In this document: in pieces, positions 58,201-64,000 of the stretch
Numbering within the stretch: position 1 is the first letter of the stretch
Layout of the letters: each line of letters opens with the position of its first letter
Source of the DNA: Fimbriosthenelais zetlandica
Lineage: Eukaryota
Reading direction: 5' to 3'
Assembly: GCA_977030845.1 (NCBI GenBank)
Contig: OZ365116.1
Coordinates: 22,878,001 to 22,942,000 of the forward strand
DNA: 64,000 bases
The notes under the pieces: generated by a model
What the model was told of the DNA's origin: nothing
Databases searched by the model: none
What the model saw: only the letters and a program-made list of their open reading frames with translations
Program-made: the position numbers and the translations under genes

Positions 58201-61200
58201 CGTCTTAATATCTCAGAGAGTTTATCCACACTGCGCCTGCCTGACTCCACCCTGCCTTTCTCACCACTGTTACGTTTAGGAGAGTCCTGGTTGTTAAAGT
58301 ACCGACTCATCTCAGCCTCACTGCTGGTGCTCTGACGTCCACTGTTGACTGGCTGACTGGTAGGACCAGACATTCTCTCTGTAGAGTCAGCTCTGTGGTG
58401 TATGGGTTGGAAATCATGACCATTACTATAGTCTCCATTCTCCTGGTGACCTGACCTGTGATTCTCGCCTGTGGTCAGTCTGTGGTCAGCCTTGTGTTGA
58501 CCATCATGGTGCCGGTCATCATGGTGTCTGGAGGGACTCACTGACCGCTGGTAGTCCCTGTTTGGACTAGATGACCTGTCATATGGCCTCCTCACTGGAC
58601 TTGGTGGCCTGTCTACGCCCCGTGTGGGACTCACTCGTCCATTATATGGCCTCACTGGACTAGATGAGTGCTCATAGACCCGTGATGGGCTAGATGACCT
58701 GTCGTAACTCCTTGGTGCTCTATCGTCTTTATAACTCCTGGATGGACTGGATGCTCTATCATGGTCTTTGTAACTCCTGGATGGACTGGATGCTCTATGA
58801 TCGTCCTTGTAACTCCTGGATGGACTTGATGCTCGATCATAATCTTTATAACTCCTGGATGGACTATTTGACCTGTCATAAGGCCTGGAGGAGGGTTTAG
58901 TGTTGGAGTACCGTCCATAGTGGTCCCGCCCTCTCTCTGTATTGTAAGCTTTAGAGGCCGGCATATCGTGGTTTACCTCATCATGTCCGGACCTCTCCCT
59001 CATGCCGCTGTCTGATCGGCTGTGATCTGATCGGCTGTGATCGGATGTAGACTCCGGCTCATGGATCTGTTGTCTGACCAGAGTCTCCAGGTGTCGTGAC
59101 CGCCGCACGCCCTCAGTTTCCATGGAGATATCACCAGAGACCTCTAGTGGATGATCAGTGAGACTATCCCGATCCTCCCCGCTCCTCACTGGCTCTACTC
59201 TTACCTCACTATCAGACTCAGCTACAGGCTCTGATTCTCCTGATTTAGCTGTTATTTCGTAGCTCTCCACCGGGTTATGCACTTCTCTCAAAATTTCTGA
59301 ATCGACTTCTTCAGCTACGTCTGTAAAGAAATAAGAGAAAAGACTTTTAACTAAAAGTATGAATGATACAACTGAAAAGCGTATACGTCATATCTACCAC
59401 ATAGTCGAGGCCACATTTCTCTGGGCGATTGGTTTGAAATATATGTGCAGTACACCCCTTAAATATTGGAACCCAAGGGTGTTGTAGAGGGGATAGAATT
59501 AAAGTATTAATCAGTGAGTAGCTTTAAATTGGCCTGAGTTATCCCCCATTGTAAACCTCCTAACTGTGTCTCACCATCTGTCACTAGCGCAGCCTGAATA
59601 TATTACCACTTTTCATGCACTACTTCATGCTGCACTAGTCCGGGCAGGGCCTGATACCTTATATTTTTTCCATGGGCCTACTAGGCAACTATCACGTAGA
59701 AATCATTGTTTCTTAATCTGGTTGGTTACCAAGATGGACATGAGGAACTGCATTAGGTTCAATATTTAGGAGACAAATTCTAATTCAGATATATTCATAT
59801 TTTGTGAACAACATAGTAAAAGAGCGAGGTCCCCACTTATATGCGACCGTAATTGTGACATGAATTGGAATATGACATACAAATGTGCAGGAGTGTCAGT
59901 TATAAATGAAGTTGTGGACAGCAAGGATGGACAGAGCAGTGATGGTCAATAGGACCATGTGTTGTGAGTAACAATCATGAAGGATTGTCTCTAGCTTAGC
60001 ACGTGAGGTGTGTGTAAGTAATGTATAATAATCAGTGGTCAGCTGATCAGGTCCAGGCAGGTGGAAGCACCAGATGTCACTAAAAAACTACACTACAATG
60101 GTATATAATTATATACAGAGACTGGCTACAATAGCGTGATACCCAGACAAACATGGAAATAGAAAAGAAACAATTACCTACATGATAATGACTCTAATTA
60201 GGTTAGTTATAAGTGGCGAGACACATGGAAACGAGAATGTGCAAGCAAAACTTTTTGAGGCTACCTCACAGGTATATTTCCAAGGGATGAACTGCCTAAT
60301 GTTACAATAGCTTCCCTCTAAATCCCAAGTGAGATTATCCATATTATTTCAATACCCAAGCTACTTAAATCCCATTAAAATATAATCACTTTTTATTCCC
60401 TGCTTAATATACAAATCTAACATACAAAAAGATATTAATGAAATCCAAGGGATAAGCGTTTAATCTGCAGCGATGGTGCGTGGAATAATAGCCACAAACA
60501 TGATTATAATGATGTGATTTAGATTCGTCTTTGTATATATGTATGTATGAGTAGCCATGTATATGCATGTCCTCACCTGCATGGCCAGGTGTTCTGGGAC
60601 CTGATTCCACAGCCACCTATCTCTCCCCTTATCAACCAATAAGTATTATGTGCTCCCCGCTTATTACTTCCATTCGTATTTGGCTTATCTTTTTCTCTTA
60701 TCAGTTTGCAAATAAATTAATTTTAATATTTCATAATATAGGAAAACATTCCTCGCCTTGACACATTGAAAATCCCTCTCATCACATGTATTTTAAACTT
60801 AAAATTATTTACAAAATCAGGTTAATTCTTAAGCATGGTGATTGGACCTTTCAACTGAATTAAATATAAAAATGCTGAATGTCAATTCGTCAATTTTCTG
60901 ATGAAGTGTTTACCTGTTCATCACAGGTGTTAATTAACTCACCTTTAGACGGTCAACCCTACCCCAGGGTATCCACTAACTGTACGGGTAATTCTCATAT
61001 GACAATCAATAATAACGCACTATGATATGCTCCAGTATATGCAGTGTGTATTAACCAATGTTCCCTTTAGTACTGCATATCGTTCACTCCAGTGTCCGCT
61101 CTGATTTTTAAGGTAACTCCATGGTATCAGAGGGAATGGGAGGCACTCTTGACTTTGGATCCACCAGGAGGGAGGTGTGTTTACCTACACAGTGAGTGGC

Positions 61201-64000
61201 AGTGTGGGACAGGGAGCGATTGTGCCAGCTGCGTGCCTATTGTGTGCCGTTTGCTGGCCTGCCTCCTATCGCAGCCTTATAAAGGCTCTGCGAGGTATAG
61301 GTAGGGGAGGGGGTTACTACCAATGGGCTTTTTGTTGCGATCATTGTTGAGATATGACAAAAATATTGGTTATATTCGCCTAATATATTACTAAATATAA
61401 TATGCAGGCCCATTCAGATATATATGGAAAACCTAATAATGAAATATAATGGTGTTGCATTGTAAACGAAAAATTTCTGGGCACGCGATTTGAGAGTGCC
61501 CCCCACCAGGTGTGAGGCAGCTGGCTTGCTCAGTACCTTGCACTAGCTTCTGCCAAAGCTCCAGTTGTTCACACCTGAGTTGGGTAAGCAGTCATGCGTG
61601 AACCAAGCAGAGGGAGCCACTACTTTGGGAAAGCTAGTTCTTGCCTTTGACCTTTGAGGAGACAATAGGGCCTGTCTGCGTGCTTTGCTTCCCATCTATT
61701 AGGGCTAAATTGAGACATGCAAAAAGTTGGGTGGAGTTGGGTTGGGGTAGCATGCATGTAGCATGGCCTACATTTTATTAGGATGTGATTTTAGCCATGT
61801 TCCCTCTGATGGAAACTTGACGCTCATTATCAATGTTCCTGTGATATCCACTGACAGGTGAGAAGACATGTATTCATTAATAATTTGTTTCCTATTTCTA
61901 CACGCAAACAGCACAATATGTTTCTCACTAGGCCTAAGTAAATTATTTGAAAGGTGAGCACATAGGAACATGAGTCCCTCTGGTGTGTAACAATAGTCAA
62001 TATGATTCAATAACATATAAGTATTTATTCGACGGGGAATAATGAAAATTGAAAGTTATAGATTGGTAGAAAAATAGAAGTGGTCAAAATGTGAACATCG
62101 GCAAAGGAAAAACGGTGATAACTCATGGAATATGGAGATAATAATGTATAATTTACCGGTGAATTGGGGCAGTGATCGCAGCCGCAGGGCTGATCTACTG
62201 GCAGGACGAGGGGTGTCCTGACGACCAAACACACCTCGACTTATTGTAGGCTTTGGTCCTGTTACTTCAGCTTTTCTCCTTGGGAGGGAAACAAATATAT
62301 CTCCTTCACTTTCTACTTCGCTATATTCTTCGTTACTATCCTCTTCCTCTTCTTCTGTTCCTTCCTCCTCTTCTCCTTCCTCGTCGTCCTCTCCTCCTTC
62401 CTCCTCCTTCTCATATTCTCCTTCACCAATCACAATACTTGGCTTTATGAAGTACGGTCCATCTGATCTCATCATAAAATTACTATTCACTCCAAAGAAT
62501 TTATTTAGATCGTCTTGGGTTTCAACAGAAGAGTTTGCATCTCTCAAAGTGCTGTCTGCGTATTCGGAATTATTTTCCGACGAAAGTTTGAGAGTTTGCT
62601 TCTGAGGTTGTTGCTCTGGCAACACGACCCCAGGGTCGTCTTCTGCTGGATTCTCTGAACCCCGTTCTACTGAATTATCACGACTAAGTTCTTTAATCCG
62701 CGCCAACTTTGGAATGCGAAAGAAATTACTGAGAAGCATAGCAGCTATCTCATCACTTCTCCTGAAGGCCATAGATTCCAAATCGTCATCCTCATCACTT
62801 GAGTCACTACTAGATGGACTGAATTCCTCAAGGGATTTTCCCTCCGAATCAAAATTCCCATCTGTGATTTCTAAGAGATTGTATGGTGAATTACTTGTAT
62901 GTGGAACTCTATAATTATGTTTAAGTTGGATGTGTGATAACATATTATCCAGACTCCCATCTGTGGCCTGATCCACCTCAGCAATGTCAGCCCTTGACAT
63001 AGTCTCTTTCTTATTTCCATTACTTGATTCCCCCTCTTCCTCTCTTTGATTTTGAAAGTACCTTCTATTATCACGGTTGTGAAATATATCTAATAGACTA
63101 AGAGTATGGCTTTCCTGCTCTGGCTGCCTCATCTCGTGGCCATCTACCTTTATTTCTTCCCCTGAATGTTGAGTTTCATTTTTCTTGTTCATGTCATCAT
63201 AATACATGAACATACTCCTATCCGTCTCATGTTCAGGCCCCTTCTGACGGGTCAGTAACCTTTTTATCTTCATTTGTTCCCGGAGTGAGTTAATTGGTTG
63301 ACCATTAGGCTGATTGTCTTGACCATTAGACAGCCTCTCCTGTCCATTTGGCTGCCTTTCTTGACCACCAGCTGGCCTCTCCACATACACTGGATCAGCC
63401 TCAGTGGGAAGATCTAATGATATAATTTCATGCTGAATCACTAGGTGTCTCTGCTGATGCTGGTGCTGTTCACCAGTCACGTTTAGTTTTTGTTCTTCCT
63501 GCATCTTATGCTCCTCCTGTAGTTTTACTAGCTCCCTCTCTACGTCATTGTCTAATTCTGAACCCACTTTCACATTATGTCCTGAAAGTTCTAACTCTTG
63601 TAGTAAATTTTCTTTTTCCATTTGTTCCTCAAGCGTCCAGTCTTCATCGCCCATCCCACCTATCAAATCTGGATCTTGTGTTTGATGTATACTCGCAGAT
63701 TTGTCTAATTCATTATATTTACCGCCAACATCTTCTTGTAAAGAGTCAGTTATGTTCCTTTGTACTTCCACTTGTCCCTCATAACTAATGTTTGGATTAT
63801 TATGAAGAGGGGAGTGCACAGGACCAACTAGATCATCTTGTAATAAATCTTTCAGTGGTTGCTGAAGGGGTGATTCAGTTGGATGTTTTTGATCATCAGT
63901 ACTTTTGATCTCTGGTGATAGATTTGGTCTCTCATATATATGAGTGTCTGGTTCATTCCACACTACGTTTTCATTTCCTGAGTTTTCATTATCTCCATTT
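49234..64000 (-). CDS. Large (>1900 aa, 5'-truncated) low-complexity/coiled-coil protein with C-terminal CAP-Gly domain; exons (minus strand, 5'->3'): >64000-62157, 59320-57855, 57573-57415, 57272-57065, 55357-55182, 55008-54822, 53583-53422, 53309-53208, 52976-52869, 52116-51388, 50478-50127, 49752-49565, 49447-49402, 49297-49234
   Basis: The CAP-Gly domain assembles across three exons: GTIKYIGHLPGKNDTYLGIELEQE-LGKHDGVYDGIRYFNC-KPNRGVFVAFSRVVMAWNGP*. Coiled-coil exons lie at 54.8-57.6 kb. All listed junctions are GT-AG and phase-compatible. Linking the 62157-64000 exon rests on phase only. Confidence 0.75.
56035..56152. repeat. ~47-bp imperfect direct repeat, period 72 bp, intronic
   Basis: AGCTGTGACTCCAGTCCTGCCATGGGCACGAGGGCTAGTCT at 56035 versus AGCTATGACTCCAGTCCGGTCATGGGGACGAGGGCTAGTCT at 56107. 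Confidence 0.8.
58690..58890 (-). repeat. Coding 39-bp tandem repeat (13 aa, RSYKD[YDH][DH]RASSPS), ~4 units plus degenerate flanks
   Basis: TAACTCCTGGATGGACT recurs at 58732, 58771, 58810 and 58849, inside ORF 57840..59291. Confidence 0.9.

Overview
This is AT-rich, intron-dense eukaryotic (animal) DNA, probably from a marine invertebrate such as a lophotrochozoan; the taxon is an inference only. I rebuilt gene models by hand from splice signals, reading-frame arithmetic and remembered homologue sequences. From left to right the window holds: (1) 1-6.4 kb, a repeat-rich region of duplicated minus-strand exon-like cassettes and a ~205-bp G-run satellite, with no recognisable protein; (2) IST1 (+); (3) DYNLT1 (-), head-to-head with (4) MSH2 (+, 26 exons, two obligatory GC-AG introns); (5) FAAH2-like amidase (-), head-to-head with (6) an A20/TNFAIP3-like OTU deubiquitinase with about 9 zinc fingers (+); (7) a CCR4/nocturnin/Angel-type EEP phosphoesterase with a ~470-aa disordered RG/SP-rich and acidic N-terminus (-), head-to-head with (8) two tandem TP53I3 (PIG3) quinone oxidoreductase copies (+); and (9) a very large, 5'-truncated coiled-coil protein with a C-terminal CAP-Gly domain (-). 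I found no tRNA, rRNA, CRISPR array or autonomous transposon. No database searches were run, and homologue comparisons are from memory. The best leads are the asymmetric divergence of the TP53I3 pair, the IDR-EEP protein, the expanded A20-like protein with kB-like sites, and a candidate spliced minus-strand transcript upstream of IST1.
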